Source: Candidatus Eiseniibacteriota bacterium (GTDB lineage: Bacteria > Eisenbacteria > RBG-16-71-46 > CAZAMP01). Taken from it: 64,000 nucleotides of DNA. The position numbers and the translations under genes were made by a program. Below, one piece after another: positions 32,681 to 41,859 of this stretch; position 1 is the stretch's first letter; each line of letters opens with the position of its first letter. The stretch spans positions 5,856,001-5,920,000 of the forward strand of contig OZ245046.1 in assembly GCA_965224245.1 (NCBI GenBank). The letters are read 5' to 3'. The notes beneath the pieces are model-generated. The model saw only the letters and a program-made list of their open reading frames with translations. It was not told the origin of the DNA and made no database searches.

Positions 32681-33718
32681 TCACGCGACCTCGTTCCGGT
32701 CGTGCTCATCCCCCTTCTCGAAGTCGATCTCCGGGCAGTCCCGACCGCCACGGACCGGCGTGACCGGCGCGTATCCCGGGCTCGGGTCGCTCTTGGCCAG
32801 GTACTCCTCGATGGCCAGCGACTTGCCGTGGTGATTCGAGTGCAGCTCGAGCTCGGTCCGATCGATGCGGTCGAACAGCCGTCCGGTCTGGTAGAGGGCG
32901 ATGAACGTCTCGACGACCGTCCGGTCGAACATCGTGCCGGCGTGACGACGCAGCTCCTCGCACGCCTTGCTCGGTCCGAATCCGGGCCGGTACGGGCGGT
33001 CGGAGGTCATGGCGTCGAACGCGGCGGCGACCATGATGATCCGGCTGCCGAGCGGGATGGCTTCGCCCGTCAGCCCCTGGGGATAGCCCTCGCCGTCGGG
33101 CTGCTCGTGGTGGAACCGCACGAGCTGGGCGGCCCGCGCCAGAGCCGGGATGTCCTTGAGGATGTAGAACCCGGTCTGTGAGTGCGTCGTCATCAGCGCG
33201 TGCTCGTCCTCGTCGAGCGATCCCGCCTTGTGGAAGATCTCGTGCTGGATCGCCGTCTTGCCCACGTCGTGGAGCAGCGCCGCGAGTTCGAGGTCCGCCA
33301 GATCGGACGCCGGCATCCCGAGCTCCTCCCCGACGCGTAACGCGTACCGGGAGATGCGATAGCTCCGACCGCTCGTGAAGGGATCCTCCGAGTCGATGAT
33401 CGACGCGAGCACACGCACGAGGTCCACGTCGGGGCACTCTGCGACGGCCCCATCCGCCGGGAGGTCGTCGCGCGGCTCCGGCGCGGCTGCCGGCGTCCAG
33501 TGGCGATCCGGGCGTCCGCCGCTCGCGGGCCGCGGGCCCAAGCGGTGGTGGGTGTAGGCCAGCGCCAGCACGCCGGCCAGACCGCCGAGCGCGAGGCTCA
33601 GCTCGGCGCCGGTGTGCGCGCCGAGCCGCCACCAGAACGTGACGATCGCCGCGATCGCGAACACGGGACCCAACACTCCAACGATCCGGTCGCGCACATT
33701 CGATCGTGAGTCAGCCAT
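32681..33718 (-). CDS. Membrane-anchored HD-GYP domain protein, degenerate metal site
   Basis: Two N-terminal TM helices; LLHDVGK, HHEQPDGEGYPQGL, FDAMTSDRPYR. Confidence 0.9.
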   Translation of the reverse strand: MADSRSNVRDRIVGVLGPVFAIAAIVTFWWRLGAHTGAELSLALGGLAGVLALAYTHHRLGPRPASGGRPDRHWTPAAAPEPRDDLPADGAVAECPDVDLVRVLASIIDSEDPFTSGRSYRISRYALRVGEELGMPASDLADLELAALLHDVGKTAIQHEIFHKAGSLDEDEHALMTTHSQTGFYILKDIPALARAAQLVRFHHEQPDGEGYPQGLTGEAIPLGSRIIMVAAAFDAMTSDRPYRPGFGPSKACEELRRHAGTMFDRTVVETFIALYQTGRLFDRIDRTELELHSNHHGKSLAIEEYLAKSDPSPGYAPVTPVRGGRDCPEIDFEKGDEHDRNEVA

Positions 33719-33774
33719 CGTTTCCACGCTCCCAACTACTCGACGTGCCCGTACGCACGCACGGGCCTCGATCA

Positions 33775-34866
33775 CTACGCAAGCTGTACCCTCGTGGCGA
33801 ACGACTCGAACTGCGACTTGTCGATCGCGTGGCGGTACGCCTCTTCGCCGGAGATCTTGCCCGCGTCGAAGAGCTTCTCGATTTCCTCGTCCATGAGCTG
33901 CATGCCGAGCTTGCCGCCCGACCGCATCAGCGACGTGAGCTGGTTGGTCTTGCCCGAACGGATGAGGGAGCCCGCGGCGTTGGCGTTCACGAGCACCTCG
34001 GCGGCCATGTGCATCGACGCCCCGTCGGAGCCGGGGATGAGATGCTGCGAGACCACCATGCTCAGGCTCTCCGAGAGCATCGTCCGGACCTGCGACTGGC
34101 GACCGGCCGGGAACACGTTGACGATTCGATCCACCGTGCGGACGGCACCGGTCGTGTGCAGGCTCGCCAGGACCTGGATGCCCGTCTCGGCCGCGGTCAG
34201 CGCCAGCCCGATCGTCTCGACGTCGCGCATCTCGCCCACCATGACGACGTCCGGGTCCTCTCGCAGGGCGTCCCGAAGCGCGTTGGCGAAGCTCTCGGAG
34301 TGCGCGCCCACCTCGCGCTGAGTGACGATGCAGTGGCGGTTCCCGTGGACGTACTCCACCGGATCCTCGATGGTGATGATCCGACCCATGCGACGCGAGT
34401 TGATGTGATCGATCATCGCGGCCAGCGTGGTGGACTTGCCCGATCCGGTCGGTCCGGTGACCAGCGTCAAGCCGCGCGGCTGGGACAGCATCTGGGTGAC
34501 GCCGGCCGGCAGGTTCAGCGACTCGAGCGATCGGATCTTCCTGGGAATGACCCGGAACGCGCACGCGATGCCCTCGAGGTGGTGCGAGACGTTCGCGCGG
34601 AAGTGACCCAGGTCGTCGAGGGTGAAGCCGAGGTCGACGGTCTTTCGCTCGGCGAACTGCTCCGAGAGGAGCGTCGTCTGCATCAGCTGTTCGGCGATCA
34701 CGCGCATCTCGGGTGCCTTCAGCGCCCGGAACTTGACGCGGTGAAGGTGCCCGTTCACGCGGATGCGCGGGGGCTCTCCGGCCGCCAGATGAAGATCCGA
34801 GCCGCCGCGCTGCACCGTCAGCTCGAGGAACGGGCGGACGAGCTCCAGGGAGGTTCCGGTACTCAT
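33775..34866 (-). CDS. PilT/PilU-family type IV pilus retraction ATPase
   Basis: SDLHL, GPTGSGKSTT, TIEDPVE, QREVG, DPDVVMVGEMRD, LHT. Confidence 0.93.
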   Translation of the reverse strand: MSTGTSLELVRPFLELTVQRGGSDLHLAAGEPPRIRVNGHLHRVKFRALKAPEMRVIAEQLMQTTLLSEQFAERKTVDLGFTLDDLGHFRANVSHHLEGIACAFRVIPRKIRSLESLNLPAGVTQMLSQPRGLTLVTGPTGSGKSTTLAAMIDHINSRRMGRIITIEDPVEYVHGNRHCIVTQREVGAHSESFANALRDALREDPDVVMVGEMRDVETIGLALTAAETGIQVLASLHTTGAVRTVDRIVNVFPAGRQSQVRTMLSESLSMVVSQHLIPGSDGASMHMAAEVLVNANAAGSLIRSGKTNQLTSLMRSGGKLGMQLMDEEIEKLFDAGKISGEEAYRHAIDKSQFESFATRVQLA

Positions 34867-35972
34867 CTGAGGCTCGCCGACGACATGCTCTTCTTCCCCT
34901 TGAAACCCTGCACGGGCCGCGAGACGTACGGACCGAACGCCGACTTGTCGTTCGCGATCCGACGGGCGTCGTCCGCGTCGATGTCACCGGACCGCACGAG
35001 GCTCAGCAGCGAGTCGTCCATCAGTCGCATGCCGTGTCGGCGTCCCGTGGTGATGACGCTGGGCAGCTTGAACGTCTCGCCGTCACGGATGAGCTGCGCG
35101 ACCGCGGGCATGTTGGTCAGAATCTCGGTGGTCGGCCGGCGGCCTCCGCCGTCCGCGGTGCGAACGAGCTCCTGGCAGATGACGCACTTCAGATTGTCCG
35201 CCAGCGTCGTGCGTACCTGACCGTGGGCGTCCGGCGGGAACGAGTCGAGAATGCGATCGATGGTGGAGACCGCACTGCGCGTGTGGAGCGTGGCGAACAC
35301 CAGATGTCCGGTCTCGCAGGCCTCGAGCGCGAGCTGCATCGATTCGCGGTCGAGAAGCTCGCCGACGAGAATCACGTCCGGATCCTGGCGGAGCGCGGCT
35401 CTGAGCCCGTCCGAGTACGACCGCACGTGCGTGCCGATCTCGCGCTGGAGCACCATCGATCCCTTGCTCTCGTGAACGAACTCGATCGGGTCCTCGATGG
35501 TGACGATGGTGCCGAAGCGCGTCTCGTTGATCCGGTCCACGAGCGAGGCCAGCGTGGTCGATTTGCCGGTTCCGGTGGCCCCGGTCACGAGCACGAGCCC
35601 GGACTTCAGCTCGGTCAGCGACGCGACGACCCTCGGGAGGCCGAGCGCGTTCAGCGGGATGACCGTCTCGGCGATCACTCTGGCCGTGATCACGAGACCA
35701 TCGCGATGCCGCGTCACGCTGATCCGGAGACGTCCGGCGATCTCGGAGCCGTAGCAGAAGCTGAGCCCACCCCGGGCGTCGAAGCGCCCGTACAGCTCGT
35801 CGGTCATGAGCGCGTGCGCGAACCGTTCGACGTCGTCGGCGGAGAACGGCTCGCCGCCGGCCGGAATCAGCTCCCCGTGCACGCGGCGCATCGGGGGATG
35901 ATCCGGAATCAGATGGACGTCGGAGGCGCTCGCCCGGCGTCCATCCGCGAAGATCTCGTCGATCTGTGACAT
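34863..35972 (-). CDS. PilT/PilU-family type IV pilus retraction ATPase
   Basis: ASDVHL, GATGTGKSTT, TIEDPIE, QREIG, DPDVILVGE, ETGHLVFATLHT; ATGA overlap with the second paralogue. Confidence 0.93.
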   Translation of the reverse strand: MSQIDEIFADGRRASASDVHLIPDHPPMRRVHGELIPAGGEPFSADDVERFAHALMTDELYGRFDARGGLSFCYGSEIAGRLRISVTRHRDGLVITARVIAETVIPLNALGLPRVVASLTELKSGLVLVTGATGTGKSTTLASLVDRINETRFGTIVTIEDPIEFVHESKGSMVLQREIGTHVRSYSDGLRAALRQDPDVILVGELLDRESMQLALEACETGHLVFATLHTRSAVSTIDRILDSFPPDAHGQVRTTLADNLKCVICQELVRTADGGGRRPTTEILTNMPAVAQLIRDGETFKLPSVITTGRRHGMRLMDDSLLSLVRSGDIDADDARRIANDKSAFGPYVSRPVQGFKGKKSMSSASLR

Positions 35973-36269
35973 GCCGCTTCCGGTCTCGGGTTGTGGGGTC
36001 GGAGCGTTCGATCGCGAGGGCCTCGCCGAGCCGGGCCGGATGACCCCCGTCGTGGAGCCTCGCGCATCGTCCTCGTTATCGGCCGGTGCGAGCCGCGGCT
36101 CAACTTCGTTCTGGCCGGCGGCGTTTCCTGGCGCGGGACCGCGAGAGCGCCTCGCCGGTGAGGTCACGTGTGCGGGAACGTCGTGCGGCGCAAGCCACTG
36201 CGTGCACCTGGCGCGAACCAGCCGCCGCGGACCAGGACCCGGCCACCCGGGGCCGCGCGTGCCCGGCCG

Positions 36270-39200
36270 TCAGTCGCCCAGCTCGGCCATGAGCTCCCGG
36301 ACGGCGCGATCCAGCTGCGGATCGCGTCCGGCGACGGCGTCGTCGGGTGCGTTCTCGACCCGCACGTCGGGCACGCACGGGTTTCGCTCCATCGGTGGCA
36401 TCTCGTCCAAGGTGCTGCCGCGCTTGGCGTACCAGCCGCGGTTGGGGCGTCTCACCCGGGACCCGTCGAGGAGCCGGACCTGGGACGTCGAGATCACGCC
36501 CCCGAACGTCGGCTGTCCCACGAGCTTGCCACGGCCCAGCGTCTGGACCGCCCGGGCGAAGATCTCGCCGTTCGAGAACGTGGTCTCGTTGATCAGCACG
36601 ATGATCGGCTTCGTCCACGCGTAGATCAGCCGCCGCGTCGTCGGATAGCCGGGACCACCCTCGCGCGCCACGGTGACCGCGTGATCACCGGCGAGGATCG
36701 AGCTGAGGAGGATGTCGGTGATCCAGCCGCCCGAGTTGTCCCGGACGTCGATCACGAGGCCCTCCTTGCCGTGAGCGACCGCGTAGAGCTCGCGCTCGAA
36801 CTGGCGCGCGCTGGCGGTGCCCATGTTGCGGAGGTTGATGTACCCGAGGCGCCCGTCCGAGGACTCCTCGACCCGTGCGCGGCTGGCGCGAACGTCGCGC
36901 TCGTAGACGCGGTCGCGATAGCGCGAGCGGGACTCCGGCCGCATGCGCACGTCGAAACGCTCGCCGTCACGCTCGACGCCCACCAGGATCGAACGCTCGT
37001 CGGTCCCCTCGAGCCAGCGGTACAGGTTGTCGCCGCGCGCGAGCTCGTGATCGTCGATCGAGACGAGGACGTCGCCGACCTCCAGCCGACTGGAGACGCG
37101 CGCGGCCGGGCTCTCGGGCAGGACCTCGGCAACCCTGACCCGGTCGTCGGGCAGGGGATCGGGCACGATGCCGAGGTGTCCGGTCATCACCCCCGGGCCC
37201 TCGGCGGGGGGATCGTAGATCTGTGTGTGGCTCGAGTTCAGCTCGCCGATGAGCATGCGGAGCGCGTCGCGGAAGTCCGCGGGATGCGCGGCCGCCTCGG
37301 CTACTCGCCGGTACGTCTCGCGGTCGCGGTCCCAGTCGGTGCCGTGATGATCGGCGTCGTAGAAGCCGGTCGCCAGCACGCGCCAGGCCTCCTCGTAGAT
37401 TTGCCGGCGCTCCGCCACGAGATCGATGCGGGCCCGTCCGCGCGTCCGGTAGCTCTCGGTCTTTCCCTCGAGGTCGACGCTCTCGATCGCGCCGCCGGTC
37501 GTGAAGTAGGCCCGCTCGTTCTCCGGGCTCCACACGAGGCCCGCCGGGACGTCGTCGAACGCGGCCAGGCGCTCCAGCTTCTCGCCGTCCCATCGCACCT
37601 TCCAGAGCGTGTGGTCGTCGCCGGTGCGCGCGGCGAAGACGAACGTCTCGCCGTCGTCGGCGAGCACCACCGAGCGCTCGTCGCCGGGGAACGACGTGAC
37701 CCGGCGGAGTCGGCGGTGAATGTCCTCGAAGTTGATCTCGACCCGCGGCGACGGCTCCTCGTCCTCGGCGGACTCCTCGTCCGACACCGCCTCGGGCTCG
37801 TCGTCTTCGCGGAGCGCCTCGTCGAGGACGTCCTGAGACGTCTTCTCGTCGTCGGCCTCGAGAAGCCACACGAACCAGATGTCCGAGTCACCGTCGTAGC
37901 GCCGCTTGCCGGCGAACGCCAGCTTGCGTCCGTCGGCGGACCAGATGGGCGAGCCCTCGGGGTCGGGATGTCGGGTCACGTTGATCGGCACGACGTCGTC
38001 GGGTCCGGCGTCGTCGTCGACCGAGGCGACGAAGATGTCCGTGTTGAAGTCGTCGTCGGTGCGGGTGAACGCCAGCCAGCGGCCGTCGGGCGACCACGCG
38101 AACTCGGGGCGCTGGAAGTTCGTCGACACGACACGCGGGGAGCCGCCGTCCACGTCCGCGACCACGAGGTCGCCGAGCCCGCGCACGTACGCGATCCGGT
38201 CCCCGGACGGCGACACCCGGGGTCGCGACTCCTCCTCGGGGGACGACGTCAGGCGCGTGATTCGAAAGCGCGCCGACAGCACGAGCCGCTCGCCGTCGAT
38301 CGCGGCCTCGATGCGGTGGAGATCGGACTGTCCGTCCCGGTCGGACGCGAACACGATCGCGCGCGAGTCGGGTAGCCACGAGATCTGGTGGTCGCGCCCC
38401 GGCGAGCGCGTCAACCGCGTGACCGCCGTCGCGTCGGCCTCGGCGCGCCGGACATAGATGTCTCCCCGGAACACGAACGCGATCTCCTTGCCGTCGGGGG
38501 AGACCGCCAGCTCGTCCGCGCGCGACACCGACAGCGTCTCGGCCGTCGGGGACGCGGCGTCGGCCGGAGCGTGGATCTCGATCGGGACCGGCTCGCCGCC
38601 GGGCCGCAGGGTCCACAGGTCGAGGTCCCGCTCGAATGCGATCAGATCGGACCCGCGCGAGACCCGGGGGAAGCGCACCCCGTCGTCGTCGAAGCGCGTG
38701 AGCGGCGCGGCGTCATCGGGGCCCGTGGCCATCCAGACGTTGTAGGTACCGTCGCGCTCGCTGAGGAACACGACGGCCCCGAGCGCACTCGACCAGGACG
38801 GCTGCGTGTCCTGACCCCGGGCGGCCTGGAACGGCTCGACTCTCGCGTCACCGCCGGGGTGGATCCAGAGCTCTCGCGCGGCCGGACCGTCGTAGCCCTG
38901 GCGCCACCAGGTACCGGCGGTGGCTCCGCGCGAGAAGACGATCGCGCCGCCGTCGCGCACGGCGACGTGATCGGCGACCGACGGGAGCGCTCGGACCGAC
39001 GTCCCGCCGGTGATCGGCACCACGTGGATTCCCGAGAGTCGGAACTCGTAGAGCTCCCGGTACGTCGAGAAGAGCACGCCGGACCCGTCGGCCGTGAAGG
39101 CCTCCGCCCGATCGGTGCCGTCGTGGAACGTGAGCTGTACGCTCTCGCCGCCTGCCACCGGGATCACGAACACGTCGTTGTTTCCGGTTCGATCCGACGT

Positions 39201-39494
39201 GAACGCGATCCGCGTCCCGTCGGGCGACCAGCGCGGGTACGCATCGTACCCCGGGTGTGCGGTCAGACGCCGGGCGAGCCCGCCCTCGGCGGGCACGGTC
39301 CAGATGTCGCCCTGCCAGGAGAACGCGATCAGCCGGCCATCGGGCGACGGAGCGGGGTGTCGAGGGAAGCGGACGTTGGCCGTCGCGGTTCCTGCGACGG
39401 CGAGCGCGAGCGACGCGACCAGGGTCAGGCGAACACCCGTGCCCGCAAGGGCGCGCGAGCGACCGGACCACACGGCGCGATCGAGATTCCGCAT
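36270..39494 (-). CDS. Tricorn-like S41 peptidase
   Basis: Signal peptide, PD40 propeller repeats (SPDG), GELNSSHT, PDZ region, IDVRDNSGG, TFSNGEIF, GQPTFGGVI. Confidence 0.93.
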   Translation of the reverse strand: MRNLDRAVWSGRSRALAGTGVRLTLVASLALAVAGTATANVRFPRHPAPSPDGRLIAFSWQGDIWTVPAEGGLARRLTAHPGYDAYPRWSPDGTRIAFTSDRTGNNDVFVIPVAGGESVQLTFHDGTDRAEAFTADGSGVLFSTYRELYEFRLSGIHVVPITGGTSVRALPSVADHVAVRDGGAIVFSRGATAGTWWRQGYDGPAARELWIHPGGDARVEPFQAARGQDTQPSWSSALGAVVFLSERDGTYNVWMATGPDDAAPLTRFDDDGVRFPRVSRGSDLIAFERDLDLWTLRPGGEPVPIEIHAPADAASPTAETLSVSRADELAVSPDGKEIAFVFRGDIYVRRAEADATAVTRLTRSPGRDHQISWLPDSRAIVFASDRDGQSDLHRIEAAIDGERLVLSARFRITRLTSSPEEESRPRVSPSGDRIAYVRGLGDLVVADVDGGSPRVVSTNFQRPEFAWSPDGRWLAFTRTDDDFNTDIFVASVDDDAGPDDVVPINVTRHPDPEGSPIWSADGRKLAFAGKRRYDGDSDIWFVWLLEADDEKTSQDVLDEALREDDEPEAVSDEESAEDEEPSPRVEINFEDIHRRLRRVTSFPGDERSVVLADDGETFVFAARTGDDHTLWKVRWDGEKLERLAAFDDVPAGLVWSPENERAYFTTGGAIESVDLEGKTESYRTRGRARIDLVAERRQIYEEAWRVLATGFYDADHHGTDWDRDRETYRRVAEAAAHPADFRDALRMLIGELNSSHTQIYDPPAEGPGVMTGHLGIVPDPLPDDRVRVAEVLPESPAARVSSRLEVGDVLVSIDDHELARGDNLYRWLEGTDERSILVGVERDGERFDVRMRPESRSRYRDRVYERDVRASRARVEESSDGRLGYINLRNMGTASARQFERELYAVAHGKEGLVIDVRDNSGGWITDILLSSILAGDHAVTVAREGGPGYPTTRRLIYAWTKPIIVLINETTFSNGEIFARAVQTLGRGKLVGQPTFGGVISTSQVRLLDGSRVRRPNRGWYAKRGSTLDEMPPMERNPCVPDVRVENAPDDAVAGRDPQLDRAVRELMAELGD

Positions 39495-39501
39495 CCCGAT
39501 C

Positions 39502-39993
39502 CTAGGACAGCTCGGGCGCAGGCGGTCGACCGCCGTCGTCGCGCAGGTGGCCGTGGTGGATGAGCTCGAAGCCCTTGCGGGCGAGGACCGCCGTTCCCGC
39601 GGTGAGGTCGTCGCAGTGGATCAGCATGACGGGCCGCGCGAACGGTCGGCAGAAGAGCGGGTACGAGTAGTGGATGTTGACCTCGGCTTCCAGGAGGGCC
39701 CGGCAGACGTTGCCGATCGCGTCATGGCCTCTCCGGAGGCTCACCGCCAGGAGCTCGCTCTTGGTGACCGAGTACCCGCACTCGCGGAGCGTCTTGTACG
39801 CCCACGGGGGGTCGCTCAGAATGATCCGGACGACCGCGTGATCGGTGGCGTCCCAGACGCTCATGCCGTAGATCTCGATGCGGGCCTCGTCGAGCTTGGT
39901 CGTCAGCTCCAGCAGCTCGCCGACGCGGTTGCGAAGGAATATCGAGAACTGCGTGACGCTGGGCTCGTCGAACTTGTGGAAAGTGGCCGACAT
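39502..39993 (-). CDS. Tandem ACT-domain protein
   Basis: QFSIFLRNRVGEL, EVNIHYSYP; GGAGG RBS. Confidence 0.8.
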   Translation of the reverse strand: MSATFHKFDEPSVTQFSIFLRNRVGELLELTTKLDEARIEIYGMSVWDATDHAVVRIILSDPPWAYKTLRECGYSVTKSELLAVSLRRGHDAIGNVCRALLEAEVNIHYSYPLFCRPFARPVMLIHCDDLTAGTAVLARKGFELIHHGHLRDDGGRPPAPELS

Positions 39994-40114
39994 CGAGGGA
40001 TGGACCTCCGACTCGCGGTACCGTCTCGAGGCTCGGAGTGAGTGCGCGGAGCGTAGCAAACGGCCGGTCCCCCCACAACGCGATAGTGGCCCAGGAGTCC
40101 GAGGGTTACGCGGC

Positions 40115-40429
40115 TCAGCGGAGTCGCACGGCCGTCCCGTAGGCGAGGATCTCGGCGGCCTGTGCCTGCACCATCGACGTCGTGAACGTGATCCCGACCA
40201 CCGCATCGGCTCCCAGCGCGCGGGCCCGCTCGCGCATCCGGTCGAGCGCCTGCTCGCGGCTCTCGGCCAGGAGCTTGGTGTACTCGCCGATCTCGCCGCC
40301 CACGAGGCCCTTCAGGCCCGCTATGAAGTCGTGCCCGAAGTGGCGGGCGCGGATCGTGTTGCCCGTGACCACCCCGAGCACCTCGCCGATCTCGCGTTCC
40401 GGAACCGTGAAGGTCGTGGTCTCGATCAT
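40115..40429 (-). CDS. YbjQ / UPF0145 family protein
   Basis: GLKGLVGGEIGEYTKLL, REQALDRM, GADAVVG, AYGTAV; ATGA overlap. Confidence 0.92.
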   Translation of the reverse strand: MIETTTFTVPEREIGEVLGVVTGNTIRARHFGHDFIAGLKGLVGGEIGEYTKLLAESREQALDRMRERARALGADAVVGITFTTSMVQAQAAEILAYGTAVRLR

Positions 40430-40911
40430 CGCTTCACCTCTCGATAGGGGTCGCGCCGTTCGGTGAAGAACCGCTCGCGAATCACCGAGACGACGATCAC
40501 GGCGCCGCCGACCGACAGCAGGCCGATCGCGAGACGGACCCACCATGGGTCCTCGGGGCTGGCCAGGAGCCAGTGCACGAAGTCGGGGAGCGCTCGAGCC
40601 AGCGCCGCCGCGAGCAGGATGATCGCCCCGATCGACACCAGCAGCCACCCGAACCGTCGCTCGAGGCGGTTGTAGGTGGTCCGCCAGTAATCGTCGAAGA
40701 CGTCGTCCGGGAACGGATCGAGCTTCATGGCCGCGGTGACTCCTCTCAGCTGCCGGAAGGCCTCCAGCTCCTGGGCCAGCTCGGGGGAGCGAACCAGCTC
40801 CGCCTCGAACTCGGCGCGCTCGGTCGGGTCGAGCTCGTCGTCGAGGTAGCCGCTGATCAGATGACTCCGGCGACCGACGTCCTCGGGACGTCGCGGGTCG
40901 TGGTCAGTCAT
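40426..40911 (-). CDS. Transmembrane anti-sigma factor
   Basis: LISGYLDDELDP anti-sigma-like N-terminus, two TM helices, C-terminal DPYREVKR; overlaps ECF sigma gene. Confidence 0.78.
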   Translation of the reverse strand: MTDHDPRRPEDVGRRSHLISGYLDDELDPTERAEFEAELVRSPELAQELEAFRQLRGVTAAMKLDPFPDDVFDDYWRTTYNRLERRFGWLLVSIGAIILLAAALARALPDFVHWLLASPEDPWWVRLAIGLLSVGGAVIVVSVIRERFFTERRDPYREVKR

Positions 40912-41497
40912 GCTGCTCTCCTCGGGCGTCGCCTCCGCGCAGCACCGGCGCGAGCAGTGCCCGCAGCCTGGCTCGCGCGTGGTGGAGACGGCTCATCACC
41001 GTCCCCTTCGGGATGTCGAGCACCGCGGCGATCTCCGCATACGTGAGATCCTGAAACTCGCGCAGCACGAGGATCTCGCGATCGTTCTCGCCCAGACGCC
41101 GGATCGCGCTCCAGACGAGGGCCCGGAGCTCCGCCCGCTCGGCCAGGAGCTCGGGCGACGGGGCGGGCGAGGCGAGGGGGGCGTCGTCCCCGAGCGGTGT
41201 CTCGCGCCGCGTCGACGCGCGCGCCAGGTGGTTGAGGCACAGGTTCCTCAGGATCCGGTGAAACCACGGATAGAATGGGCGGTCGGGGTCGAACCGCCTG
41301 ATCGCCCGGAATGCTCTGGCGAACGCCTCCTGGGACAGGTCGAGCGCGTCGTCCCGGCTCCCCGTCCAGCCCATGGCGAAGCCGGCCGCTCGTCGCATGT
41401 AGCGGCTGACGATGGGCTCGAACGCATCCCGCTCGCCGTCCTGGCAGCGGAGGATGAGCGCGCGCTCGTCGGCATCGAGATCCAGGGCATGGTCCAT
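40904..41497 (-). CDS. ECF-family RNA polymerase sigma factor
   Basis: DALDLSQEAF, FYPWFHRILRN, TYAEIAAVLDIPKGTVMSRLHHAR. Confidence 0.93.
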   Translation of the reverse strand: MDHALDLDADERALILRCQDGERDAFEPIVSRYMRRAAGFAMGWTGSRDDALDLSQEAFARAFRAIRRFDPDRPFYPWFHRILRNLCLNHLARASTRRETPLGDDAPLASPAPSPELLAERAELRALVWSAIRRLGENDREILVLREFQDLTYAEIAAVLDIPKGTVMSRLHHARARLRALLAPVLRGGDARGEQHD

Positions 41498-41859
41498 CGC
41501 ATCGGCCTTTCTGTCGCCGCTCGGCTTCGAGGGGGAGTACCGGCGACCGGGCGGCGTATTCATGCGATCGTGCGACCTTCCTCGGGCTCCGGAGCCTCTC
41601 CCGCGGCCGGCCCGCCCCGTGAGTCCGAGCGGGAGGGGACCGGGGAGTCCAGCCGACCGTGCCCGCCGTGCCGACCGTGGGCCAGGGTACGCGATCGACG
41701 GCCGCAGCGTCGCGGCCGACCCTGGGGACGGACCGGCGCCGGCCGGGGTTGCCTCAACTCGGCTCGACCCACGTTCGGAGGCGATCGTGGAGAGCCGCCA
41801 CGCGCCGCGTTCCCACACGCCGCGTACCACGCGCCGCGTGGCAGTCGGACGGCCGACCG

